Positions 1-10,185 of a stretch of 64,000 bases of DNA are shown here, in pieces (position 1 is the stretch's first letter; every line of letters begins with the position of its first letter). The notes below the pieces were generated by a model. It did not search any database. It was not told the origin of the DNA and saw nothing but the letters and a program-made list of their open reading frames with translations. Source of the DNA: Planctomycetota bacterium (GTDB taxonomy: Bacteria > Planctomycetota > GCA-002687715 > CAIWVZ01). Made by a program: the position numbers and the translations under genes. The stretch is taken from assembly GCA_044222185.1 (NCBI GenBank), contig JBGANV010000001.1, positions 1,408,001 to 1,472,000 of the forward strand. Direction: 5' to 3'.

Positions 1-426
1 AGTGATACCCGTCGTCGGCGCTCCCGTGGGATCGCGCGACGCAAGACAGAACTGGATCTCCGCGTCCGCGGCGACGCCGAGAAACGCCGCACGGGTCTGT
101 GACGCGTCGGCATTCAACCGCCGGAAGTCCTCGTTCAGCACCTGGAGCTGCGAAAGCACCTGGGCATCGGGAATGTTCTGCGCCGACGTGTTGTAGACGA
201 TGTGGAAGACGGTCGGGATCGTCACGACCAGTTCTGGATGGTACGGGTCGTTCACGAACTGCTGCGTCTGCGCTTCGATCTGCGCGAGGCGTGCCGGCAG
301 GTCCTTGTCCTGCTCGAGCAGCATCGCGTGATTCTCCATCGTTCCGCAGGTGCGCTGGGCAACGGCCAGCGTCGGCACCAGGGCGACCATCGCCGCCATG
401 GCGAGCCAGAGACTTCTCGTTCGCAT
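1..426 (-). CDS. M43 (pappalysin/ulilysin-like) zinc metalloprotease, N-terminal part; runs off the window start
   Basis: Not in the ORF track; translated by hand from ATG 426 (GGAG upstream): MRTRSLWLAMAAMVALVPTLAVAQRTCGT...VVTIPTVFHIVYN...QVLSQLQVLNEDF...IQFCLASRDPTGAPTTGIT. Signal peptide, RxCGT propeptide and IPxVFH / QxxxLNEDF motifs are typical of M43. The HExxH motif would lie outside the window. Confidence 0.8.
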   Translation of the reverse strand, partial: MRTRSLWLAMAAMVALVPTLAVAQRTCGTMENHAMLLEQDKDLPARLAQIEAQTQQFVNDPYHPELVVTIPTVFHIVYNTSAQNIPDAQVLSQLQVLNEDFRRLNADASQTRAAFLGVAADAEIQFCLASRDPTGAPTTGIT

Positions 427-716
427 GGTTTCACTCCAACGATCACGGTGCCGCGAGAGCGAGTCGTCGGAGAAACGACGTGCTGGGCAGAACGGTCCGC
501 TGCTGGGACCTCCGACGTGGGGGTGGCTTCACCTACATCGCGATCGACGCCGGATCATATGCCGGAACGCCACGGGAGAAAGAGGCGTTCGTCCGCCTTC
601 CACGGCGTTCGGACGCCCCCTGACACGCCCGCGGCTGAAGAATTGAAAGCGCGCTGATATGGCGGACACGCCGCGAATGTGGCTCGCGCCGGAGGAATTC
701 GGGACCCGATCGCGCG

Positions 717-2000
717 TCAGGCATCCGGCCGGCGGCGCGCCCTGAGTTGGAACGGACCATCGCGGAGCGCGTCCATGGCACCGCTCACACCGCGCAACCC
801 ATGGTGCGAGAAGAGAACGGCTCCGGACGCTCCGAGGATGCGGGTGGACTCCACACGGTGGACGATTTCCGCAGAGGTGAGCTTCCACGCTCCAATACCG
901 GCCCAGATCTGCCCGCGCCCTTTCGCCGCAACCGCGGCCCGCAGCTGGCGATCGAAGACGTCAGGACGCTCCGAGTAGATCATCGGACACGCGGCGTCGA
1001 GCGCGCCGTCCCGGAGCCACGCGGGCCAGTCCTGAAGCCGGTGGTCACGGGCATCGCCGATGTCCGGAAACACGGCGGCGCTCACGACGATCGACGGGCG
1101 GATTCGACGTGCAGCCTCGCCGACGTCACGAACGAGGTGTGTGACTCCGTCCCGCCGGAACTGCGCGAACCGCGCGGGATAGCGCCTGGCGTACGCGAGC
1201 GGGTCGGCCTTCGAACGGATCCCCATCTCGCCCCGTTCGGATTCCGACAGTCCAGCGTCGACCTCGCGTCGAAAGAGCTCGAGCACCTTCCGCCCGTAGC
1301 CGAACTCGGTGCTCGGATAACGGATGTAATCCAGGTGGATGCCGTCGATCCGATACTTGTTGCAGATGTCCTCGACGACTCGCACCACGTGGGCGCGGTA
1401 GTCGGGGATCGAGGGGTCACAGAAGAGCCCTTCGACTTCGTTCTTGTGCTCTTTCGCGTACCGCGTGATCGCATCCGTGTACGTCGGATCGTGCGGCATG
1501 CGATTCCAGAGCTGCTGCGCGAGCGCCTGCGGGACCGAGAGCCACTCGGGGTGCGCCACGACCACGTGGTTCAAATCCGTGGGCACGTCGAACGCGTTGG
1601 CGACGAGTCCGCAGTTGACCCAGGCATGGACCTCCGTGCCGCTCCTCACGGATTCGATGGCCCGACCGAGCGGGTCGAACCCACTCGCCTTCAGCCTCGC
1701 CGGCCGCGGCTCGATCGAGGAGTTGTAGTAGGCATCGCCCCGCGAGCGCACCTGTAGGAACAGCGCGTTGCCGCGGAACCCCTGCAGCTCGTCGACGGCT
1801 TTCGACACGTCCGCGTCGTCGGCGGCCGAACTGGCCACGACCCACGTCGCGCGGAGCTCCGGCGCCCCGAGCGGACCCTCGGACACCACCGCAGGTCGAC
1901 TCGTCGTCGACGATCCCCTCGGTGAGCTGCACCCCGCTGCAAGGATCGCGAACGCCGCGAGCCCCGCGACGGTCAACCGCGCGTTGACGATGGTCGGCAT
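717..2000 (-). CDS. GHL10/UPF0748 (YddW-like) glycoside hydrolase lipoprotein
   Basis: Motifs ELRATWV, LQVRSRGDAYY, EVHAWVN, IDGIHLDYIRYP and QDWPAW; lipobox LAAGC. Start trimmed to MPTIV. Confidence 0.85.
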   Translation of the reverse strand: MPTIVNARLTVAGLAAFAILAAGCSSPRGSSTTSRPAVVSEGPLGAPELRATWVVASSAADDADVSKAVDELQGFRGNALFLQVRSRGDAYYNSSIEPRPARLKASGFDPLGRAIESVRSGTEVHAWVNCGLVANAFDVPTDLNHVVVAHPEWLSVPQALAQQLWNRMPHDPTYTDAITRYAKEHKNEVEGLFCDPSIPDYRAHVVRVVEDICNKYRIDGIHLDYIRYPSTEFGYGRKVLELFRREVDAGLSESERGEMGIRSKADPLAYARRYPARFAQFRRDGVTHLVRDVGEAARRIRPSIVVSAAVFPDIGDARDHRLQDWPAWLRDGALDAACPMIYSERPDVFDRQLRAAVAAKGRGQIWAGIGAWKLTSAEIVHRVESTRILGASGAVLFSHHGLRGVSGAMDALRDGPFQLRARRRPDA

Positions 2001-2007
2001 GTGTGGA

Positions 2008-3093
2008 TCACTTCGAGTAGAAGATGAGGAGATCGCGCTTGATGTCGGGCGGCCACACGTAGGTTTCCTCGAGCAGCTTGGCGAGCACTCGCTTCTTCGC
2101 CTGCCCGATGTGTTCCTGGCGGAGCACCTCACGGATCTGCGATTGCGCCTCTTCGAAAGGCATGACCCGCGCCGCAACCCGCTCCTTGACGAGCACGAGG
2201 GCGAACCCGCGCGGGTTCGTCTTGTTCGGGAACGGGAGCGGAGCCGACAGTTCGTTCACCGGCGCGGAGAGCGCGTAGTCGACGATCACTTTCTGATAGG
2301 ACGACGCCGCGTCGACCCAGCCGTGGTCGCCGCCTTCGTCGGCCTTGATGCCGCGGCTGTACCGCTTCGCGAGCACGCCGAAGTCGGCACCCGTGCGGAG
2401 GGCCTCGCGGATCTCCTCGCACTTCTCGAGCGTCGCCTCCTCGGGCGTCTGGTTGCCCACGGGCATGAACGCAGTCTTGGGGAGGTAGATCACGAACGTC
2501 TTCGCCTGGTCCTTCTGCGTGAATTTCTCCTTCAGGTTCTGCTGGTAGAAGCGCCGGATCTCCCGGGCAGTCGGCTCGACCCAGAAGTCCGGGCGGAACT
2601 GCGGCGCCCGCGTGCCGAACGCGCCGGCCTGTGCTGCGGTCACCGTATTCCGCGTGATGTCGCGGCCGAGCGTCTCTTCGTACTCGGTCTCGCTGGCGAA
2701 GCCCTGCTCCCGGAGGAACTCGCGGAATTCGCCCTCGCCGCCTGCGCGCTCCTTCGCCGCTTCGAGCTGCTGGAGGATGAACTTCTTGGGGATCACGGCT
2801 CCCGTACGCACGACCGCAAGTTCCTCGACCTTCTCGCGTACGAGTTCCAGGAGCTTCGGCCGGAAGGCCCGGCGCCGAAGCTCCGGATCCGCCTTCCAGT
2901 AGTTGGGCCCCAGGGCCTTCTCGACCTCGCTCTTGGTGACGACGACGTTGTTGATCTTCGCGGCGGCCGCATCGACGGCGCCCTCTTCGGGCTCGGCGGG
3001 CGGCGGTGTCGACGGTCGTGTCGTCTGCCCCACCGCCAGCCCGGCTATCGACAGGGCGACGGCGAGCGCGAGGCCTCGGATCGGTCGTTGCAT
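2008..3093 (-). CDS. SurA/PpiC-type peptidyl-prolyl isomerase (periplasmic chaperone)
   Basis: Signal peptide; AAKINNVVVTKSEV resembles a SurA N-terminus; parvulin motif FGVLAKRYS..KADEGGDHGWV; immediately downstream of mfd. Confidence 0.8.
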   Translation of the reverse strand: MQRPIRGLALAVALSIAGLAVGQTTRPSTPPPAEPEEGAVDAAAAKINNVVVTKSEVEKALGPNYWKADPELRRRAFRPKLLELVREKVEELAVVRTGAVIPKKFILQQLEAAKERAGGEGEFREFLREQGFASETEYEETLGRDITRNTVTAAQAGAFGTRAPQFRPDFWVEPTAREIRRFYQQNLKEKFTQKDQAKTFVIYLPKTAFMPVGNQTPEEATLEKCEEIREALRTGADFGVLAKRYSRGIKADEGGDHGWVDAASSYQKVIVDYALSAPVNELSAPLPFPNKTNPRGFALVLVKERVAARVMPFEEAQSQIREVLRQEHIGQAKKRVLAKLLEETYVWPPDIKRDLLIFYSK

Positions 3094-3108
3094 GGATTTC
3101 CCCCGGTC

Positions 3109-6100
3109 TTAAGTCCGCGGATTATAGGTCGCTGGCGCCGCGACTCCATCCGATGCGAGCGGCGTGAGGGACGACTGGAGAAAGTCCAGGAGTTCGCGCG
3201 GTCCAGAGAACGGCTGGGGATGCACCAGGAGCAACGTGTTCCCTCCAACGACGCGAGCCAGCCTGGGGTCCAGCTTCACGCGGCGGCAGAGCGCACCCAG
3301 GTTCTTCGCCCGCAGCATGGGTCCCTCCCCCTTCAGCAGTTCGAGTCGCGAGATCCGCTCGCGTTCCATGAACGCGCGAATCCTCGCCACGTGGACGAAC
3401 TCCTCGACGACGGCGGGCGCGGGGCCGAACCGGTCGCGAAGCTCGGCGATGACCGTGCGGAAGTCGTCCTCGACGCGGCAGCGGCCGAGCTTGCGGTAGA
3501 TCTCGATCCGCAACCGACGGTCGGTGACGTAGTCCTCCGGCACGTATGCGTCGAAGTCCAGGAACAGCTCGATCTCTTCCGGCGAGACGATTCGCTCGTT
3601 CTTCAGACGCTTGACGGCCATGTCGAGGAGACGGCAGTAGAGGTCGTACCCGACCGACGCGATGTGTCCGCTCTGCTCGGGACCGAGGAGGTTCCCCGCC
3701 CCCCGGATCTCCAGGTCGCGGAGCGCGAGTTGGAACCCGGCGCCGAGGTGGTTGAACTCCTCGATCGCGTGGAGGCGCTTCTGCGCGACTTCGGTCGGTA
3801 CAACGTCCGCCCGCACGAGGAAGTAGGCGAACGCCTGGACCTCCGATCGCCCGACCCGACCGCGCAACTGGTGGAGGTCCGAAAGCCCGTACATCTCGGC
3901 GCGGTCCACGAAGATGGTGTTTGCGCGCGGAATGTGAAGGCCGGATTCGACGATCGTCGTCGAGACGAGGACGGTCGCTCGCCCATGAACGAAATCGTTC
4001 ATCACCCGTTCGAGTTCACGCTCGCCCATCTGGCCGTGACCCACGACGAAGCTGGCTTCGGGTACCAGCTGCTGGAGCTGGTGAACGAGCCTGTGGATCG
4101 TCTGGACGCGGTTGTGGATGAAGAACACCTGACCATGGCGCTCCACCTCGCGCATGATGCCGGCGCGCACCAGCGCCGGGCTCCACTCGGATACCTCCGA
4201 ATGAACGGGACGTCGCCCTGCGGGTGCCTGCCTAAGCGTGGCGATGTCGCGGATGCCGACCATCGATTGGTGCAGCGTCCTGGGGATCGGCGTGGCGCTG
4301 AGCGAGAGGACGTCCAGGTTGCGACGGAGCTTGCGCAACTTCTCCTTGTGGACGACGCCGAAGCGCTGCTCTTCGTCGACGATGAGGAGCCCGAGTTCCC
4401 TGAACACGACGTCGTCCTGCAAGAGACGATGGGTGCCGATCAGCACGTCGACGTGCCCGGCCGTCACGCCTTCGAGGACCTGTTTCACCTGGCGTTCGGT
4501 GCGAAACCGCGACAACGACTCCACCGTCACCGGGAAGTCGGCCATTCGCTCCCGAAACGTCTCCGCGTGTTGATGCGCGAGGATCGTCGTCGGTACGAGC
4601 ACGGCCACCTGGCGCCCACCCATCACGCACTTGAACGCCGCGCGCATGGCGAGTTCCGTCTTGCCGTAGCCCACGTCTCCGCAAAGCAGACGATCCATGG
4701 GTCGCGGCGACTCGAGATCGCGCTTGATGGCCTCGATGGACGTGAGCTGATCAGGGGTCTCCTGGTGCGGGAATGCCGCCTCGAACGCCTGCTGCCACTG
4801 CGTGTCGGCGGGATGCGCGATGCCCTGGGCGCGTGCCCGAACCGCGCTGAGCTCCAGGAGGTCCGCCGCCAGGTCCGTCACCGCGTCCGCGACCTGCGCC
4901 TTCTTCTTCTGGAAGGACCCGCTGCCAACCTTCGACAGCTCGGGCGCCTCGCCGCGGCCACCCACGTACTTCTGGACGAGGTCGATCTTGGCCGTAGGCA
5001 CGTGGACGTGGACGTCGTCGCGGAACTCCAGCACGAGGAAGTCCTGGTGGGCACCTCCGCGCTCCGTTCGCTCGAGCTTCATGAATCGCGCGATGCCGTG
5101 GACGAGATGGACGACGAAATCGCCCTCCGCCAGATCCAGGAACGTATCCAGCGGGCGCGTCTCGAGCGGGGGTTCCACCTCCTCGGGCGAAGCCTCCACG
5201 GCGCGCGTGACGGCGAACAACTCGTGGTGCGACACCGCCGCGATCCCGAGGAGCGGTGACGAAAACCCCTCGCTCAACGGGCCGTCGAGCGGGATCACGG
5301 TGCGTCGCAAGACGTCGCTCGCCCCGGCCGGCGCGTCCGTCGCCCGTAACGCGGCAAAGAAGCGCTCGCGTTCCGTCGCGCCGTCGAAGCAGAAGAGCGT
5401 GGCGGTCTTGCCGCGAGTCACGCGCTCGAGAGTCCGGACGGCCGCCTCGAACGAATGCCCTTCGGCGGTGACGACCTGAGACCCCAGGTTGATGGCGCTC
5501 TCCGCGGGTCCCCGCACCCTCGTGACGACGATCTCCCGGAACCGGCGCAGCGCCTCCATGCGCGCACGTGCCGCCGGACGCGCATCCTCGAGGAACGTCT
5601 CCTGATGCGCCGCGGACATCTGCTCGATCCGCCTCGGGTCGCGCAGGACGACGACCGTGTCGTCGGACAGATACTCGGCGAGCGCGCCGTCGCCCGTGGG
5701 GCCGTCGGGACCCTCGAGCCAGACGCTCGCGACCGTGAGGGTCTCGACGAAAATCTGGCTCACGGGGTCGAACCGGCGCAGCCCCTCGACGACGTCATCG
5801 AAGACCTCGACGCGCAGCGGAAGGCGCGCCCGCCGATCGAAGACGTCCACGAGGTCACCGCGGACGGCGAACTGACCGGCCGCGGAGACGACTGCCGTGC
5901 GTTCGAACCCGGCGGATCCGAGCGCCGCCGTGAACTCGTCCATCGCACACCGACCGCCGACTCGCAGCGAGCGTTCGGCGGACGAGAGATCGGCGCGCCG
6001 CGGCAGCGGGTCCATGGCGCTTTCGACGGACGCGGCGAGCATGCGAGATCCCCCTGCGCACCACTCGGCGATACCCCGGGCCCGCTCCACACCGCTGGCT

Positions 6101-6387
6101 CGCCGGCCCACGAGCCTCACGGGCGCAGGCGCCGCCAGGATCTCGAGGTCTCGGACCAGGCCGAGAACCTCGGCCTCCTCGGGAAGCAGCACCAGGATCG
6201 GCGGCAGCGTCTCGGCGGACCTCGCCGCAGCCGTCAGCAGGATCGAGAGCAGCGCCCCGTGACACCCGCCCACGTGCCCCGGCTCGCTCTCGTCCCCCCT
6301 GAGCGCACCAACCACTCGGCGAAAAACCTTGGTTCTCCGCACGAGTTCCAGCACGTCGATCGACGTAGTGATGGAGTCTGCCGCCAT
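3109..6387 (-). CDS. mfd: Transcription-repair coupling factor
   Basis: GDFVVHLVHGIARF (RID), DRLLCGDVGYGKTE, DEEQRFGV, SATPIPRT, QLRGRVGRS, DLEIRGAGNLLG and TRCF C-terminus. Start trimmed to MAADS. Confidence 0.97.
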   Translation of the reverse strand: MAADSITTSIDVLELVRRTKVFRRVVGALRGDESEPGHVGGCHGALLSILLTAAARSAETLPPILVLLPEEAEVLGLVRDLEILAAPAPVRLVGRRASGVERARGIAEWCAGGSRMLAASVESAMDPLPRRADLSSAERSLRVGGRCAMDEFTAALGSAGFERTAVVSAAGQFAVRGDLVDVFDRRARLPLRVEVFDDVVEGLRRFDPVSQIFVETLTVASVWLEGPDGPTGDGALAEYLSDDTVVVLRDPRRIEQMSAAHQETFLEDARPAARARMEALRRFREIVVTRVRGPAESAINLGSQVVTAEGHSFEAAVRTLERVTRGKTATLFCFDGATERERFFAALRATDAPAGASDVLRRTVIPLDGPLSEGFSSPLLGIAAVSHHELFAVTRAVEASPEEVEPPLETRPLDTFLDLAEGDFVVHLVHGIARFMKLERTERGGAHQDFLVLEFRDDVHVHVPTAKIDLVQKYVGGRGEAPELSKVGSGSFQKKKAQVADAVTDLAADLLELSAVRARAQGIAHPADTQWQQAFEAAFPHQETPDQLTSIEAIKRDLESPRPMDRLLCGDVGYGKTELAMRAAFKCVMGGRQVAVLVPTTILAHQHAETFRERMADFPVTVESLSRFRTERQVKQVLEGVTAGHVDVLIGTHRLLQDDVVFRELGLLIVDEEQRFGVVHKEKLRKLRRNLDVLSLSATPIPRTLHQSMVGIRDIATLRQAPAGRRPVHSEVSEWSPALVRAGIMREVERHGQVFFIHNRVQTIHRLVHQLQQLVPEASFVVGHGQMGERELERVMNDFVHGRATVLVSTTIVESGLHIPRANTIFVDRAEMYGLSDLHQLRGRVGRSEVQAFAYFLVRADVVPTEVAQKRLHAIEEFNHLGAGFQLALRDLEIRGAGNLLGPEQSGHIASVGYDLYCRLLDMAVKRLKNERIVSPEEIELFLDFDAYVPEDYVTDRRLRIEIYRKLGRCRVEDDFRTVIAELRDRFGPAPAVVEEFVHVARIRAFMERERISRLELLKGEGPMLRAKNLGALCRRVKLDPRLARVVGGNTLLLVHPQPFSGPRELLDFLQSSLTPLASDGVAAPATYNPRT

Positions 6388-6476
6388 GGGATGCCGCTCC
6401 GCGCGCGGCGCGGCCCCTACAATGCGTGGCGCCTCATGCCCGCTCAACCGACGTTCCAGGTGCACGCCGACGAACC

Positions 6477-8234
6477 ATGACGCTTCCGCGCCTTTGCATC
6501 CTCGCAGCGTTTCTCGCGGCGGCCGCCATCGGAGTGGCGCTGTGGAACGGCGACGCGGCGCCCTCGCGGCTCGCACGCGCCGACCGCGCGCTGCCGCGTC
6601 TGGGAGTGGCCGACAGCCCGATCACACGAACACCCGACGCGGCCGTCGCGGTTGCGCCGTTCCGCGAGTCCACCTCCCCCATTCCGGCAGTCGACCCCGC
6701 CGTCAGCCGACCCGCCACCGACTTCGAATTGCCGGGCGTCAAGGTCGCAGGCCGGCTCGTCCGCCCGGACGGATCGCCGTGGACGCGGACGCGAATCGCC
6801 GCCCGAGCACTCGATGCCACGGACGCGTTGAAGGCCGCCATCTCACCTCAATCCCGAACCGACGACCGGGGGCGGTTCGTCCTGTGGATCGACGCGCGCC
6901 CCGATGACGCCGCCGGTCTTCACCTCGCCATCCAACAGCGCGACGAGCCGACGGACGAGACCGCCGTACTGAACCGGCGTACGACCGAGCTCGCGTTGCC
7001 GGACGTAATGGGGTCTGGCTCGGCCGACCTGGGCGAGGTCGTGCTGGACGAGGATCCGCTCTTCTGCGCTGGCATCGTCGTCGATCGGACCGGTGAGGCC
7101 GTCGCGCAGGCAAAGATCAGGGTCCGAAGCCGAGAGGACGGCGCCGTCGGGTCCGCGCTCCTCATCGACACGACCACCGACGCCAGCGGGCGCTTCCGCG
7201 TCCTCGGAAGCACGCGCCATGGAGGGCTCGAAGTCAACGCGTGTGCGCCCGGCCTCGTCTGCGGCGAAGCGGCGCCGTTCGAACCCGGAGCCACGGGACT
7301 GCGGATCGTGCTCGATCGCGGAGGTGCCATCGCCGGGGCGTTCGTCGACCTTTCGGCGGAGGGCCGCGACTCCATCGAGGTCTGGCTGATCGGCGAGCCG
7401 GCCCAGGTCGACGAGCCACCGGTGCGCGGAACGCCGGCGCGCGTGAGGATCGACGTCCGGCAGAGTGGCGCGTTCGATTGCACGGGCTTGCGCCCCGGCT
7501 CGGCGCGACTCGTCGTCACCTCGGCCGCCGAGATCGAGCCCCTCTTCGCGTGCGACGACATCGCGGTCGTCGCCGGCGAGACGACGAGGGATCCCCGCCT
7601 GTCGGCGATCGAGCTGTCCTCGGTCGCGCGACCGTTGACGGTGCGCGTGGTCGACCGGAGCGATCGCCCCGTCCCCGACGCGACCGTCTGGTGGCGCGGC
7701 TCGGGACGCTGGGAGAGGGGCCGTGCGAGTTCGGACGGGCGCGTCTCGCTGCTGGTCGCTCGAACGAGTCTCTCCGTCATCGCACAGAAGCCCGGATTCG
7801 CGACGGCACGCGCGCGCGGAGTCGACGGAGACGTCCGGCTCGTGCTCGACGACACGGGCGGCCACGAAGTCGTCGTTCGGTTGAAGGACGCGGGCATCGT
7901 TCCCAGGTCGCCGTTCTACCTCTCCGTCAGCCTCGACTGGGTGGGCGAGCCCGGCGACCTGGCAGACGCGACGGCCGGTGAACCGATCACGCGCGACACG
8001 CCCGAACAGCGGTTCGACGCCACGGGCGTCGCACGATGTCGCATGTGGGAGCCCGGACGCTACCGCACGCGCTTGATGCTCGGGCGCAAGTCGGCGGACG
8101 GTTCCAGCGCCATCGGCCTGGGGACGGTCGGCGTCATCGAGGTCCTGGTCGGCACCGGCGGTGAATCCACGGTCCTCGTCGACGTGAGAGCCGCCGACCT
8201 GGAATACGGGAGGAGGTTTCTCGAGAAGCTCTGA
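6477..8234 (+). CDS. Exported protein with repeated carboxypeptidase-regulatory-like (prealbumin-fold) domains
   Basis: N-terminal hydrophobic anchor; repeated G.VVD..G.[PA]V..A.[IV] and TDxxGRF motifs. Confidence 0.65.
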   Translation: MTLPRLCILAAFLAAAAIGVALWNGDAAPSRLARADRALPRLGVADSPITRTPDAAVAVAPFRESTSPIPAVDPAVSRPATDFELPGVKVAGRLVRPDGSPWTRTRIAARALDATDALKAAISPQSRTDDRGRFVLWIDARPDDAAGLHLAIQQRDEPTDETAVLNRRTTELALPDVMGSGSADLGEVVLDEDPLFCAGIVVDRTGEAVAQAKIRVRSREDGAVGSALLIDTTTDASGRFRVLGSTRHGGLEVNACAPGLVCGEAAPFEPGATGLRIVLDRGGAIAGAFVDLSAEGRDSIEVWLIGEPAQVDEPPVRGTPARVRIDVRQSGAFDCTGLRPGSARLVVTSAAEIEPLFACDDIAVVAGETTRDPRLSAIELSSVARPLTVRVVDRSDRPVPDATVWWRGSGRWERGRASSDGRVSLLVARTSLSVIAQKPGFATARARGVDGDVRLVLDDTGGHEVVVRLKDAGIVPRSPFYLSVSLDWVGEPGDLADATAGEPITRDTPEQRFDATGVARCRMWEPGRYRTRLMLGRKSADGSSAIGLGTVGVIEVLVGTGGESTVLVDVRAADLEYGRRFLEKL

Positions 8235-8254
8235 TGCCGGCGGCGTGCCGCGAC

Positions 8255-8956
8255 TCAGATCAGCCCGAGTTCATGGAGCGCGAGTCGCGCCGCCCGCTGC
8301 TCGGCTTCCTTCTTGCTCCGCCCGAACGCCGCAGCGAACCGGCGGCGACCGATGGTGACGCAGAGCTCGAACGTACGTACGTGATCGGCCCCCGCCGTCG
8401 AGATGAGCACGTAGTGAGGGTTCCCGAGCGCCTGCGCCTGCGCCCACTGCGAGAGCTGGCTTTTCCAATCGTGGCCCACGGGCTCGTTCGCTGCCCGTTC
8501 GATCGCGTCTCCGAAGTGCCTGCGGACGAATCGCTCGGCGGCCTCGATCCCACCATCGAGGTAAACGGCAGCGACGACGGCCTCGAGCGCGTTGGACAGC
8601 ACGGATGCCGCGATGTGGTCGCGCGTCGCGAACATCTTCCCCACGACGAGGAATTCCTTCAGTCCCATCTCGCGGCCGATCTCGGCGAGGCTCTTGCGGC
8701 TCACGACCTGCGCTCGGGCCTTGGTCATCCGGCCTTCCTCGAAGTCCGGGTGCTCGTCGAAGAGGATCCGGCTCACGATCACTCCGAGGACGGCGTCGCC
8801 CAGAAACTCGAGCCGCTCGTTGCTACGGCCCGACGTCACCTTCGTCGAGGCGTGCGTGAGTGCCGCGGCAAGCAGGTCCCGATCCCGGAACACGTGCCCG
8901 ATGCTCGCTTCGCATCGCGAGAGCAGTCGAGAATCGGCGTCCGTGACTTCGCCCAT
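8255..8956 (-). CDS. rnc: Ribonuclease III
   Basis: ALTHAS and NERLEFLGDAVL signature; dsRBD with WKSQLSQ and GRSKKEAEQ. Confidence 0.97.
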   Translation of the reverse strand: MGEVTDADSRLLSRCEASIGHVFRDRDLLAAALTHASTKVTSGRSNERLEFLGDAVLGVIVSRILFDEHPDFEEGRMTKARAQVVSRKSLAEIGREMGLKEFLVVGKMFATRDHIAASVLSNALEAVVAAVYLDGGIEAAERFVRRHFGDAIERAANEPVGHDWKSQLSQWAQAQALGNPHYVLISTAGADHVRTFELCVTIGRRRFAAAFGRSKKEAEQRAARLALHELGLI

Positions 8957-8959
8957 GCG

Positions 8960-10147
8960 TCAGAGCTCCGGGGACCGCGGGTCGAAGAGCCTGCGATACT
9001 CGCGCTGCGCGTAGCTGTCGGTCATGCCGGCGAGGTAGTCGGCGACGGCCCTGTGGATCCCATCGGCATCCGCCAGGCGCTGGAAACCCGTCGGCAGGAG
9101 TTCACGATGCTCGACGAACGCCGTGAACATCGCGGCCAGGAACACCCTCGCTCGGTGACGCATCCCGGTGACCCGGTGATGCGTGTAGAAATTCTTGTAG
9201 AGAAACGCCTTCAGCTCCGCCTCCGCCGCCGCCACGTCCCGAGAGAATTCCACCAGCGGCCGGGCGTGCCGCCGAACGTCCTCGACGGATCGGATGCGCG
9301 CCTCTGCGAGGTTCTTCGCCGTCTGCCGGACGAGATCCTTCACGAGGTAGTCGATGACGCCGGCGACGGCCTTCTGAACCAGCGTGCGGCCCGAGAGAGC
9401 GCCGAATCGCCGCAGGACGTCGTCCTTCACGCGTCGCCACAGTTCGACGCGGTCCAGGTCCTCCGTCTCCAGGATCCCCGCGCGCAACCCGTCGTCGATG
9501 TCGTGGCTGTTGTAGGCGATCCCATCGGCGAGATCGACGAGTTGCGCCTCGAGCAGCGGGCTGTCGTCGGGTCGATAGTCCGTGTAGAGCGGCCCCTCGA
9601 ACGGTCGTTTGTGCTTCAGGATCGATTCGCGCACCTCGTACGTGAGGTTCAGCCCGCGGAACCCCGCGTACTTCACTTCCAGGTAGTCGACGATGCGTAA
9701 CGACTGGAAGTTGTGCTCGAAACCGCCGTGGTCCGCCATCAGGTGATCGAGTGCGTCGCCGCCCGAGTGCCCGAACGGTGCGTGCCCGAGGTCGTGCGCG
9801 AGTGCGACGGCCTCCGTCAGATCCTGATTCAACCTCAGACTCCGGGCGATCGATCGTGCGATCTGCGACACCTCGATGCTGTGCGTGAGCCGGGTGCGGT
9901 AGTGGTCGCCGGTGTCGGAGAGGAAGACCTGGGTCTTTCCGATCAGTCTGCGGAATGCCGTGGAGTGGATGATGCGGTCCCGGTCGCGCTGAAAGTGAGT
10001 GCGGAATGGATCCGCGACCTCAACCACGCGTCGACCCAGCGTATCGGCGCTCTTCATGGCGAACGGCGCGAGGATGGACTGTTCCTCGCGCTCGAGCTGC
10101 TCGCGCGTCGCGACCAGCGCGTCGAAGTCGGACGGTTCGTTCGCCAT
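8960..10147 (-). CDS. dgt: Deoxyguanosinetriphosphate triphosphohydrolase-like protein (HD domain)
   Basis: FQRDRDRIIHS, RTRLTHS, HDLGHAPFGHSG, GFEHNFQS, ADGIAY..HDIDD, DYLAGMTD. Confidence 0.93.
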   Translation of the reverse strand: MANEPSDFDALVATREQLEREEQSILAPFAMKSADTLGRRVVEVADPFRTHFQRDRDRIIHSTAFRRLIGKTQVFLSDTGDHYRTRLTHSIEVSQIARSIARSLRLNQDLTEAVALAHDLGHAPFGHSGGDALDHLMADHGGFEHNFQSLRIVDYLEVKYAGFRGLNLTYEVRESILKHKRPFEGPLYTDYRPDDSPLLEAQLVDLADGIAYNSHDIDDGLRAGILETEDLDRVELWRRVKDDVLRRFGALSGRTLVQKAVAGVIDYLVKDLVRQTAKNLAEARIRSVEDVRRHARPLVEFSRDVAAAEAELKAFLYKNFYTHHRVTGMRHRARVFLAAMFTAFVEHRELLPTGFQRLADADGIHRAVADYLAGMTDSYAQREYRRLFDPRSPEL

Positions 10148-10185
10148 GGTGTTCTCGTAGCGCGTGCGCGCCGCCGGGGTCGAGC

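Noticed and set aside
560-615. Imperfect hairpin (GAACGCC...GGCGTTC) upstream of the M43 gene
   Set aside because: Short GC-rich pairing is expected by chance, and no riboswitch consensus was recognised.
1768-5259. 1163-aa plus-strand ORF, and similar long ORFs at 14928-16646, 30315-32405, 32801-35641 and 43626-45182
   Set aside because: Antisense shadows of well-supported genes, expected in high-GC DNA; no recognisable motifs.
8960-10147. Anti-phage dGTPase defence system
   Set aside because: Standard-length Dgt-like protein adjacent to rnc in a housekeeping context, with no neighbouring defence genes.
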